In this document: positions 27,815 to 36,900 of the stretch, piece by piece
How positions within the stretch are numbered: the first letter of the stretch is position 1
Layout of the letters: each line of letters opens with the position of its first letter
Assembly (NCBI GenBank): GCA_964450405.1
Contig: CAYVCQ010000010.1
Coordinates: 69,610 to 133,609, forward strand
DNA length: 64,000 nucleotides
Source: an uncultured Leptospirales bacterium
GTDB lineage: Bacteria; Spirochaetota; UBA4802; UBA5550
Direction: 5' to 3'
Position numbers and translations under genes: made by a program
The notes under the pieces: model-generated
The model's input: only the letters and a program-made list of their open reading frames with translations
Told to the model about the DNA's origin: nothing
The model's database searches: none

Positions 27815-29182
27815 TTATTTAATGTCAATAAATAATTTATCGATAAATCCGGAAAGATCAAGGAAATTATTAACTTCTTTCATTTCTTTACAGTAGTGTC
27901 CATAAATTGAAGCAATGCTGTCATTCCAGTCCCAGAGATGTTTTTTATCGGGATTAAGCCAGAAAACATTTTTTGTTTTATCATGAATTTTCTGAAATGA
28001 ATTGAGACCCGGATCGTTGTCATTATTTCTTGCATCTCCCAGTATAAGAACGGAAGTTTTTTTTGTCAATGAATCACTGTGATTTTCGACAAACTGATCG
28101 AAACATCTTCCGTAATTGCTTCCCCATCCGTAGGTAAAATTAGCATCAGTAAACATCGAATTTATTGCTCTTTCCGGATCCATTTCTCTGAACAGATCGG
28201 TTATTTCCACCATATTACTTATAAACGCAAAGGTTCTAACCTTGGAAAAAAGACTCTGAAGGCTATATGTAAGGAGAAGCATAAAACGTGAATACTGGTT
28301 AACTGATCTTGAAACGTCCACCATTACAACCAGCTGCGGGCGGTCTATTTTCTTAGTTTTAAAAAAAAGTTTAAATGGGACTCCGCCATATTGTAAATTT
28401 GTACGGAAAGTACGCTTAATATCTATTCCGCCATGTTTAACCCTTTTTTTTCTCAGAGAGATTCTGTTTTTCAGTTTCTGTCCGAATCTTTTAATTATCT
28501 CTCTCATCTCCTTTACTTCCTGAGGAGACAACTGGTAGATAAACTTATTCAGAAGAAAATCCTCTCTGTTCTTAAGTGTCTTACCAATATTTCTTTTTGA
28601 AACTTTCAGCTTTACAAGACTTTTAATAAGTGCAAGAAGATCCTCATTGCTTCTCTGGTCAGGCTCTCCATCTTCACTCTCTGAGTAATATGATCCTGCA
28701 GCTCCACCTTTAGACCGGAAGATTCCCATTCCCTCTCCTCCGCCTGAAGCATCTGATTCGGGAAGGTCATCGAGAAACATCTGCATAATTTCATCTGCGG
28801 ATTTCTCTAACAATATTGCCGGATCGAGCGACTCGATAAATTTATCAAGCTGAGAGTCTATTTCATTTATCAGATTACCGGGAACTTTATCGGCAAACTT
28901 CTGGAGGTCATCGCTGTCCATTCCGTCGAGGAACCTCTCGCGTCTGCTGAAGTATTCTTCGAAGCATCTGTCAAATACAGGAATGTCGGTGTAATCTTTA
29001 ACAAGTGTAGTTTTGAGAGTCTGTCTGAATATGACTTTGTCTTGAAGATCTATCTCTGTTATGGCCTTAAACACAGCAATAACTTCATCTGCAGAAATTG
29101 TAACATTCGCATCTCTTAAAATTTCTATAAATTCAAAGAGTTTGTCAGATATATAACTATGATTAATCATTTCGTTTGTCAT
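27815..29182 (-). CDS. VWA-domain protein of the CoxE/MoxR-partner type
   Basis: 455 aa. C-terminal von Willebrand A fold with a MIDAS-like DVSRS motif (VVMVDVSRSV). The N-terminal helical region is typical of CoxE-like partners of MoxR ATPases. It lies downstream of the MoxR gene on the same strand. Confidence 0.65.
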   Translation of the reverse strand: MTNEMINHSYISDKLFEFIEILRDANVTISADEVIAVFKAITEIDLQDKVIFRQTLKTTLVKDYTDIPVFDRCFEEYFSRRERFLDGMDSDDLQKFADKVPGNLINEIDSQLDKFIESLDPAILLEKSADEIMQMFLDDLPESDASGGGEGMGIFRSKGGAAGSYYSESEDGEPDQRSNEDLLALIKSLVKLKVSKRNIGKTLKNREDFLLNKFIYQLSPQEVKEMREIIKRFGQKLKNRISLRKKRVKHGGIDIKRTFRTNLQYGGVPFKLFFKTKKIDRPQLVVMVDVSRSVNQYSRFMLLLTYSLQSLFSKVRTFAFISNMVEITDLFREMDPERAINSMFTDANFTYGWGSNYGRCFDQFVENHSDSLTKKTSVLILGDARNNDNDPGLNSFQKIHDKTKNVFWLNPDKKHLWDWNDSIASIYGHYCKEMKEVNNFLDLSGFIDKLFIDIK

Positions 29183-29261
29183 TGTATTTTCAGTAGTAAT
29201 CCCTAAACTTTTTTATAATAGAAAAATCTCTATTCGGCACTGATTCATAAGTATAATCATT

Positions 29262-29364
29262 GTCATTCCGGCTGCAGTGAAACGAAATGCCGGAATCTCA
29301 TACTACAGATTCAATCAGGAGATTCCGGTATTTGCAAGAATTGAAGCAGCAAAACCGGAATGAC
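29262..29364. mobile_element. MITE-like element, copy 2 (103 bp), same GTCATTCCGG / CCGGAATGAC termini as copy 1
   Basis: Seen directly in the sequence in the 239-bp spacer between the MoxR and VWA genes. It is co-linear with copy 1 but lacks a ~55-bp internal segment. Confidence 0.6.
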
Positions 29365-29421
29365 AAATGTTTAAAATGCAAACTTTTAGACAACTCCTGT
29401 AAAATCTTTTATGAATTCAAA

Positions 29422-30330
29422 TCAGTTAAGGAACAGCTCTTTGGACTGGGATACTGCAAGCTGTATATCCTTCTCATACTTTAGAATAAAGTTCAGTGTC
29501 TCCATCGCTATGGCCGGATCGAGATCCTGGTACCCGAGTATAACAAGCGCTTTTGCCCAGTCGAGAGTTTCGCTTATGCTCGGTTCTTTTTTCAGCTGGA
29601 GTTTTCTAATTCTCTGAACAGTTTCAACAATCTGTCTTATCATTTTAGGTCCGCTTTCAGGTACTTTTAATGATACAATTTTTTCCTCAAGCTCGATTGT
29701 GGGGTAATCTATATAGAGATGAAGACATCTTCTCTTCAATGCATCGGACATTTCTCTCTGGCTGTTTGATGTGAGGAATACAAAGGGTTTTACATCAGTC
29801 TTAAAAGTTCCAAGTTCAGGAATTGTTACCTGGAAATCAGAGAGAACTTCAAGTAGAAACGCCTCGAATTCGGAATCAGATTTATCTATTTCATCGATAA
29901 GAAGTACAGATCTTCTGTTGTTGGTTATCGATTTTAAAATCGGCCGTGGAATAAGAAAGTTTTCCGAGAAGAATACATCCTCGGTTGATGTAAGTTTGGC
30001 AATGGCACCCTTAAGAGTCTGTTCCGAGCCCATGATCTCCGACAGTTTATCTTTTAATATCTGAGTGTAAAGGAGCTGTTTGGCATACTCCCACTCATAA
30101 AGGGCTTTTGATTCATCCAGTCCTTCATAACACTGCATTCTGATTAAATCGATGTTAAGGGCAGAGGCGATGCATTTGGCAAGTTCTGTTTTTCCAACAC
30201 CGGCCGGTCCTTCTACCAGTACCGGTCTCTCCAGCTTCATTGCGAGATATACGGTAGTGGCGATCTCTTTGGAGGCGATATATTGTACTTTTTCAAGTTC
30301 TTTAATTGTTTCATCTACACTTTTAAACAT
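29422..30330 (-). CDS. MoxR-family AAA+ ATPase (CoxD-like)
   Basis: Walker A (LVEGPAGVGKTELAK), Walker B (LLIDEIDKSD), an AAA_5-type architecture, about 300 aa. Confidence 0.8.
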   Translation of the reverse strand: MFKSVDETIKELEKVQYIASKEIATTVYLAMKLERPVLVEGPAGVGKTELAKCIASALNIDLIRMQCYEGLDESKALYEWEYAKQLLYTQILKDKLSEIMGSEQTLKGAIAKLTSTEDVFFSENFLIPRPILKSITNNRRSVLLIDEIDKSDSEFEAFLLEVLSDFQVTIPELGTFKTDVKPFVFLTSNSQREMSDALKRRCLHLYIDYPTIELEEKIVSLKVPESGPKMIRQIVETVQRIRKLQLKKEPSISETLDWAKALVILGYQDLDPAIAMETLNFILKYEKDIQLAVSQSKELFLN

Positions 30331-30466
30331 AACCGCACCATCATTTTTTAATTTAACTCAACATTGTATTGGTTAGTTTTTTTTTCAAGAAATAAATCGG
30401 AAAGGGTGGGTAAAACCAGGTTTTATGGGAGGGGGATGTTAATAGGCGGCCGGAATCATTTTTACT

Positions 30467-30507
30467 GAATTTCGTTATATGCTAATGATGAGCATATAAC
30501 GAAATTC
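30467..30507. promoter_or_regulatory. 17-bp perfect-stem hairpin/palindrome (GAATTTCGTTATATGCT-AATGATG-AGCATATAACGAAATTC)
   Basis: Seen in the sequence about 140 nt upstream of the MoxR start (minus strand) and 90 nt upstream of the plus-strand lipoprotein gene. No flanking U-tract, so it is more likely an operator or structured RNA than a terminator. Confidence 0.4.
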
Positions 30508-30599
30508 AATAAAAAGTATATATTTAGAAAAAACTTTGTCAATTTTCCTGTTGTATTTCAACTACTTAAAAAAGCGTAATTATTTAAAAAGGGGTTTTA

Positions 30600-31025
30600 A
30601 TGAAATTTGTAAGTATAATTAAATGTTTTAATATGAAATTATTTTATATATTTTTTATCTCAGCTTTCATTTTCATATCTTGCGGCGGGAATAGGGTTGA
30701 AGATGCCGGGGGTGGGGTATCAACTCGTGTTACTACAACTTTCAAATATGCTGATATTCCTGGAGATGATGCTTCGGTGAACATCGGTTCAGAAACAATT
30801 TACATGATTTATGCTAAAGCCACTGATGGTAAAACTTTAATTGCAGCATCTAACGATTCATCCTTTCTAACTGAAAATAAAAATTTTAGAGATGAGACAG
30901 AAGTAACCCATGAACTGTGGTACATAGTTTACAGATGGGCAACCGGAGAAAAGAATATGAATCACTTTATAGATGCCGGAGAAATGGGGCAGGATAATCT
31001 GAATGATACAAACCACCATTTCTGA
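30600..31025 (+). CDS. Hypothetical small secreted/lipoprotein (141 aa)
   Basis: Signal peptide with a lipobox-like ISCGG. No other motif. Confidence 0.45.
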   Translation: MKFVSIIKCFNMKLFYIFFISAFIFISCGGNRVEDAGGGVSTRVTTTFKYADIPGDDASVNIGSETIYMIYAKATDGKTLIAASNDSSFLTENKNFRDETEVTHELWYIVYRWATGEKNMNHFIDAGEMGQDNLNDTNHHF

Positions 31026-31226
31026 GTAGGTAGAAAATTTTTTTGCAACCGGAATAATTACAGAATTGTCTTTAATATAAATGAGCAATTGTGATGAGTT
31101 ATAGTTAATAAAACCCTTTTTCATCCATTTCGTTTTTTTGTATAACCTGCCAGATTGTAAATTTAAGATGCAATAACCGTGTATCACTGACCTTTATTGT
31201 ACTATCAATAAAATGAAGGTTAGGCC

Positions 31227-32741
31227 ATGAAGAAAAAAATTCTAATGATCTATCCCGAATTTCCCGCAACTTACTGGAGCTACAAATATTCAATGCCATT
31301 TGTCGGGAAAAAAGCTGTAATGCCGCCGCTCGGGCTGCTTACGATTGCATCAATGCTCCCGGACAGCTTCGAAGTAACTCTGATTGATATGAATACTTCT
31401 CAGATTTCCATCCGTGACATAGAGAATTCAGATATGGTATTTATATCGGCGATGATAATCCAGAAAGATTCTTTTAATCGAGTGATAGAGATGTGTAATG
31501 AATGCGGTGTGACAGTAGTGGCCGGTGGACCATACCCGACGTCTTCATATCAAATTATAGATGGTGTTGATCATTTTATACTTAATGAAGCTGAAATAAC
31601 ACTCCCTATGTTTCTCCGTGATTATGAAAATGGTATTCCAGAGAGAGTTTATGAAGATAAAACCAAACCTGATCTTGCGCTGACTCCGCCTCCGAGGTTT
31701 GATCTTATTGATGTTTCTGATTATCTGAATATGACTCTTCAGTTTTCTAGAGGATGTCCCTTTAACTGTGAGTTTTGCGATATTATTGAAATGTTCGGTA
31801 GGAATCCGCGCACAAAAGTCCCTGATCAGTTTATAGGAGAAATGGAGATAGTCTACAATTCCGGATTCCGTGGCCCTATATTTATTGTTGATGATAATTT
31901 TATCGGGAACAAAAAAGAGGTTAAAAAACTGCTGGAACTTATAATATTGTGGCAGGAGATTCACAAGTTTCCATTTACATTCTTTACCGAAGCGAGTGTA
32001 AACCTTGCGGAGGATGACGAGCTTATGGGGTTGATGGTACAGGCAAATTTTGATATGGTGTTTGTCGGCATAGAGACTCCGGATACGGCGACGTTAACAG
32101 TGACACACAAAAATCAGAATGCAGCGGTGGATCTTTTTGAAAGTATAAAAAAAATTCAGAACAGCGGGCTTGAGGTTTGTGGAGGATTTATAATTGGTTT
32201 TGATACAGATCCGGATAATATCTTTGATCTTCAGATTAATTTTATACAGAGATCGGGAATACCAATTGCGATGATAGGTCTGCTGATTGCTTTACCGAGG
32301 ACTCAGCTATATCGCCGGCTTCAAAGTGAGCACAGACTGACATCTGAAACTAACGGGAATAATACACACCAGATGACGATGAATTTCAAAACTGTGATGC
32401 CTGCGGGAAAAATAGTAGAGGGTTATAAACGTGTGATTGCAGAACTCTATTCACCGCAAAAATTTTTTGAACGAAGCCTGGTTCTGATCAGGAGGCTTTC
32501 GAAAAATAAAAGCAGGAGCACTAAACTTTACTGGAGTGATATACGTGCTCTGATGCTCTCACTTTTAAGGCAGAGTTTCAGCAGATACGGATACTGGTAT
32601 CTGAGGTTTGTTATAAAATCGATACGTTATAATTACAGGCGGTTCCCTCAGGCTATTGGTATGGCTGTTATGGGTTATCACTTTTTTAAAATAACAAGGG
32701 AGATTCTTTCTAAAGAAAATCGTTTAGCTGGAAATATGTAG
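31227..32741 (+). CDS. B12-binding domain-containing radical SAM protein (class B, DUF4070-type C-terminus)
   Basis: N-terminal cobalamin-binding Rossmann region (KILMIYPEF ... PPLGLLTIASML). Radical SAM motif CPFNCEFCD (CxxxCxxC). About 500 aa, typical of this family. Confidence 0.8.
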   Translation: MKKKILMIYPEFPATYWSYKYSMPFVGKKAVMPPLGLLTIASMLPDSFEVTLIDMNTSQISIRDIENSDMVFISAMIIQKDSFNRVIEMCNECGVTVVAGGPYPTSSYQIIDGVDHFILNEAEITLPMFLRDYENGIPERVYEDKTKPDLALTPPPRFDLIDVSDYLNMTLQFSRGCPFNCEFCDIIEMFGRNPRTKVPDQFIGEMEIVYNSGFRGPIFIVDDNFIGNKKEVKKLLELIILWQEIHKFPFTFFTEASVNLAEDDELMGLMVQANFDMVFVGIETPDTATLTVTHKNQNAAVDLFESIKKIQNSGLEVCGGFIIGFDTDPDNIFDLQINFIQRSGIPIAMIGLLIALPRTQLYRRLQSEHRLTSETNGNNTHQMTMNFKTVMPAGKIVEGYKRVIAELYSPQKFFERSLVLIRRLSKNKSRSTKLYWSDIRALMLSLLRQSFSRYGYWYLRFVIKSIRYNYRRFPQAIGMAVMGYHFFKITREILSKENRLAGNM

Positions 32742-33020
32742 GAGAATTGTTCGAATTCAAAAATCCTTTTTTAATTTGTTTTAAAAATGGATTAAAAAAA
32801 AGAATGGGATAATGATACATTTAGCAGCAGAGAAATCTGATGATCCCAATTGCATCATTTCGCATAACTGAAAAATGAAGGACGATTCGAAATGAGTTTG
32901 ATCTGAAGCAATCGTTTCCCGCTATAATGTTTTGTAAATTGATATATAGATAATATCAGGTTGACTTTTCCACATCCGGTGTTTATTATAAACTGATTAA
33001 AATAATGGAAGGTAGACCTG

Positions 33021-33878
33021 ATGTTTGAATCCGCCTTGTATAAACCGCTTTTGGCTGTACTTTCGATAATACTGGTTTTCACTTTTTTAAAATGTGCTTC
33101 TGGTAGAAAAAATGTACGAACGCTGCAGTGTTCGGATAATTCAACACTTTCCCTCACAGTTGAAAAAGTATTTGTAGAACTCTCGTATCAGAGTGTCTAT
33201 GATTTGTCATATAAAAAAAATTCTGATAAAACTCCGCGAATGGTGACCGGTAATATCTCAGTTCTTCCAACTGCAAAAAGATATAGGGACATGATCAGTG
33301 TTAGAGATTTTTTACCGGGAAAACCGAAATCCGTATTTCAGCATCACTATTTATTTCCGTCAGAATTTACATCGGATGAATTTAACGAGATATGCGGCTG
33401 TTTTGAAAAAAATAAAAATTCATTTCCTGAACTGAAAAATAAGGTAGGAGCGCTAATCCATGGAGATTATAACTCTTTCCGTGAAGCCTTTAAACTTCCT
33501 GATGGATTCTATATTGTGACGGAGTATAATGGGAACCTCACCATAGTAAAAGATCCCTCCCGCGAGGCGATGACAATACCCGCTGAACTCAAAAACTTCG
33601 CTCATATCGGATATTTCGATGACAGCAGCAGACTCCATCTTCGAAAAGGGAGGATTGTCTCCGGTGAATTCAAAGGACTTTTCGAAAGGCCTGTTAAACA
33701 GGTGTTATATGTTACAGAAGACGGGAAGGAGGATTACACCGGAGAGGTTGATACAACTTTCTGCAATATCTTATATAAAGAGAATGTAACAGGTGTAAAT
33801 AGTGAATATCTTCTTTCTGCAGTAAATGATAAGGGTGTAAAAATCGGCTCAGTGTTTATGACGGGCGGTAAGGAATAG
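33021..33878 (+). CDS. Hypothetical secreted protein (285 aa)
   Basis: N-terminal signal/TM segment. No recognisable motifs. Confidence 0.4.
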   Translation: MFESALYKPLLAVLSIILVFTFLKCASGRKNVRTLQCSDNSTLSLTVEKVFVELSYQSVYDLSYKKNSDKTPRMVTGNISVLPTAKRYRDMISVRDFLPGKPKSVFQHHYLFPSEFTSDEFNEICGCFEKNKNSFPELKNKVGALIHGDYNSFREAFKLPDGFYIVTEYNGNLTIVKDPSREAMTIPAELKNFAHIGYFDDSSRLHLRKGRIVSGEFKGLFERPVKQVLYVTEDGKEDYTGEVDTTFCNILYKENVTGVNSEYLLSAVNDKGVKIGSVFMTGGKE

Positions 33879-33991
33879 GTATATAGTTATAAATTTGACT
33901 CTAAAAATAAAATTATTGACTATCTTTTTCTCTGCAGTAATAATATCTCATAACTACTTCTTTAAATAAGATATTCCGGTTGGATTAAAAT

Positions 33992-36900
33992 ATGCAGGGA
34001 ATTCAAGACATTCTTAATATTTTTATGATTCCGCCCATCCTATTTTTAATCACAGGAGTTTCTGTCGGTGTTTTTTCCTTCATAAAGGGAAAGCGTCAGT
34101 TGGAGACTGTTTTATTCGCTCTTATATGTGTCTGGTATTCGCTTCTTATGCCTGTCTTTATATCTCATCACATCTTTAAGGGGAATATATCTCTCATAAT
34201 GAAAATAGAGAGATGTATTCATGTTCTCTACGTATACGGCCCTGCAATTTTAATACTTTTCTCGCATTCACTGGTTAATAAAAAAAACAGAATCATAGAG
34301 ATAGGTGCTTTTATTTTTGCTTTTATCATTTCTCTTTTTGTTTTTACTGATTATTACTTTTCTGGAATTTGGATATACAATTGGGGGTACATAGCCAAGG
34401 GGGGGAATGTATTTCAAATATTCGGCCTATTTGCCATGAGTGCCATTGTATATTCTTTTGTGTTATCTATAAAAAAATTAAAAACTGATATTGATATTCA
34501 AACCCGTCTTAAAATAAAATTTATTATGTTTGCCGTTTTGGCTATAGGTATTCTGACATTAGGGAATATGCCTGCTTTGAATGGAATTAATATTTATCCG
34601 CCCGGGAACTTTGCCTTTATACCGATGCTCTTCATGGCGTGGGGAATTTTCCGGCATGACGCAATAAAGATTAATCTTTATACAAAGCGGAGAATTGCCG
34701 GAACTATTGTGCGTATATTTATTACCCTGATGCTTTTAGCTGCAATACCCATCGGCTTCTGGGCCATTGGAAGTTATAGTTTTAGTCATATTATTGATAA
34801 AACTTTACATTATGGAATTCCTCCTTTCATATCTTTTCTGTGTTGTGTTTTTTTATCTTATCTCTCTCTGCGATTGGGGGATTACCGCAAAGAATCAATT
34901 ATCTTCAGTCTTCTGATGTTAGTTTATGCACTATTAAGTATCGATATTTATCTCAACTGTATTATTACGGATCCTGTCATCGGGCTTCGGGTGAGCAGGT
35001 TCAGTCATCCTTTTGTTGTTTTTCTTCCGGCACTGGGGATGCACCTGATACGCGTGGTCACAGGGCGTCGTTCTGTGAACAGATTACTTTGTTTGAATTA
35101 TATCATATCAATATTTCTTTTAGCTTTTTCGCAATCTAACTATTATCTGCAGGGGATGAATGTATATTCATGGGGATTATTTGCAAAGAAGGCAATTCTG
35201 TTTGATGTAATGAGCGTCGTTTCAGCTTCAACACTCATATACAATATTGTGATTCTTATCAGTGCTTATCGGCATAGCGGCAACCGTTTTTTCAGACACC
35301 GTTTTCTTTTTCTTCTTATCGGTTTTGCAAGTACTGCTATTTTGTCGCTTGGGAATATACCTGCGATGAACGGGTACGGATTTTATCCTGTAGGCAATTT
35401 CATTTTTATTCCGGTAACATTTTTCGCCATAGCGCTTTTCAGGCACAACATCCCTGAGCTGATCCGTTTTGGAGGATCTTTTTCATATTTCGGAGTAATG
35501 TCAGGCGGAGTTTTTGCTGCTGTTTATTTACTTTCTGTAAAACACTCTGATAAATATTTACCCTTATATACCGGACTTTCAATTTTCAGTATTTTGATTT
35601 TTGATTTTTTTCTCCGCCGGCTTCGTGATGGGATATCGGGCAGACATATTAAACATTTACAGATTGCTCTGGAGAATCTTAGTGATAAGCTTTCCAGAGT
35701 CCGGACTCTGGATGATATTGCCGGATGCATTTCACAGTCATTCTTTTATGATCTGGATTGCGGTGAATGCTCTGTTCTGATCCACCAGGAAAACACAGGG
35801 GAATATAAAGGGAACAAGTTCATGAACAGAAGGCATGAATTTATTTCCGGCAAGAATTTAGATGAACGTTTATCATTTATTACAATTCCTTCCGATCATC
35901 CGCTTCTCGGTTATGTTGAGACTAAGTATTCTCCCGTTAAACAGGAGAATATTGAGTTCTGGCTTCTCAATAACGAGAGGGCCGTGGAGATGAATGATCC
36001 ACTCCGGAGGGCCGAAATAATTCTCCCGGTTTTTTTCGAGAACCGTCTCTCTGCTATAATACTGCTTGGTGTGAAAAGTTCAGGTTCGATGTATTCCAGT
36101 TATGAAACAGCATTTCTCTATCAGCTTGGAATTATTCTTGGTCCGCATATTGAAAATGCAGGAATTCTTCAGAGACTTGAAAATACTCTGGAGGAACGGA
36201 CAGGAAAACTGCGGGATTCGGAAAAAAAATACAGGACACTGCTTCAGACCAACAACGTGGGATTTTTCGAAATTGATTTAAGCGGAAAAATAGTATCCTG
36301 CAACGATGTTGTTCTTTCCTTTACCGGGTATACTCAAGAGGAATTCATAGGTATGAGCTTCTTAAAAATAATGACTCCGGAAATTTCTAAAAAGATTTTT
36401 TCCGAATATCATCGTGTTTTTTTAAAAGAAGTCGGACTGGGATCAATTGAGCATGAAGTAATAAGAAAAGATGGTTCATTAGGATTTGTTGAAACAACAG
36501 TATCTGCGATAATAGATAAATCAGGTAATGTTACAGGGTTCAGTACAATTGCAGTTGATGTTTCCAACAGGAAATCAGTTGAAAATGCCTTGAGGGAAAG
36601 TGAAAAAAAATACCGTCACTTTATTGAAAACGCAAATGAGATAATATATAAGTCTGACTGGCGCGGTAACTTCATTTACTCAAATCCGGCCTGTCAGAAA
36701 ATGGTGGAATATAGCAATGATGAAATCAGTCATATGAATTATCTTGATTTTATTCCACCCGAAAACCGCGAAACTGAATATGAGTTTTACAAAAATCAGT
36801 TAAAAAATAAAATTGATGAAACACATCGTGAACTTTCTTTAATAACTAAATCCGGAAAGATTTTATGGGTTGAGCAGGATGTAAGATCTGTAAAAGATGA

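Noticed and set aside
27815-30330. A phage-defence interpretation of the MoxR-VWA pair
   Set aside because: MoxR/VWA pairs are general chaperone-like systems. There is no nuclease, Walker-box partner, methyltransferase or other defence-associated gene nearby to support that idea.
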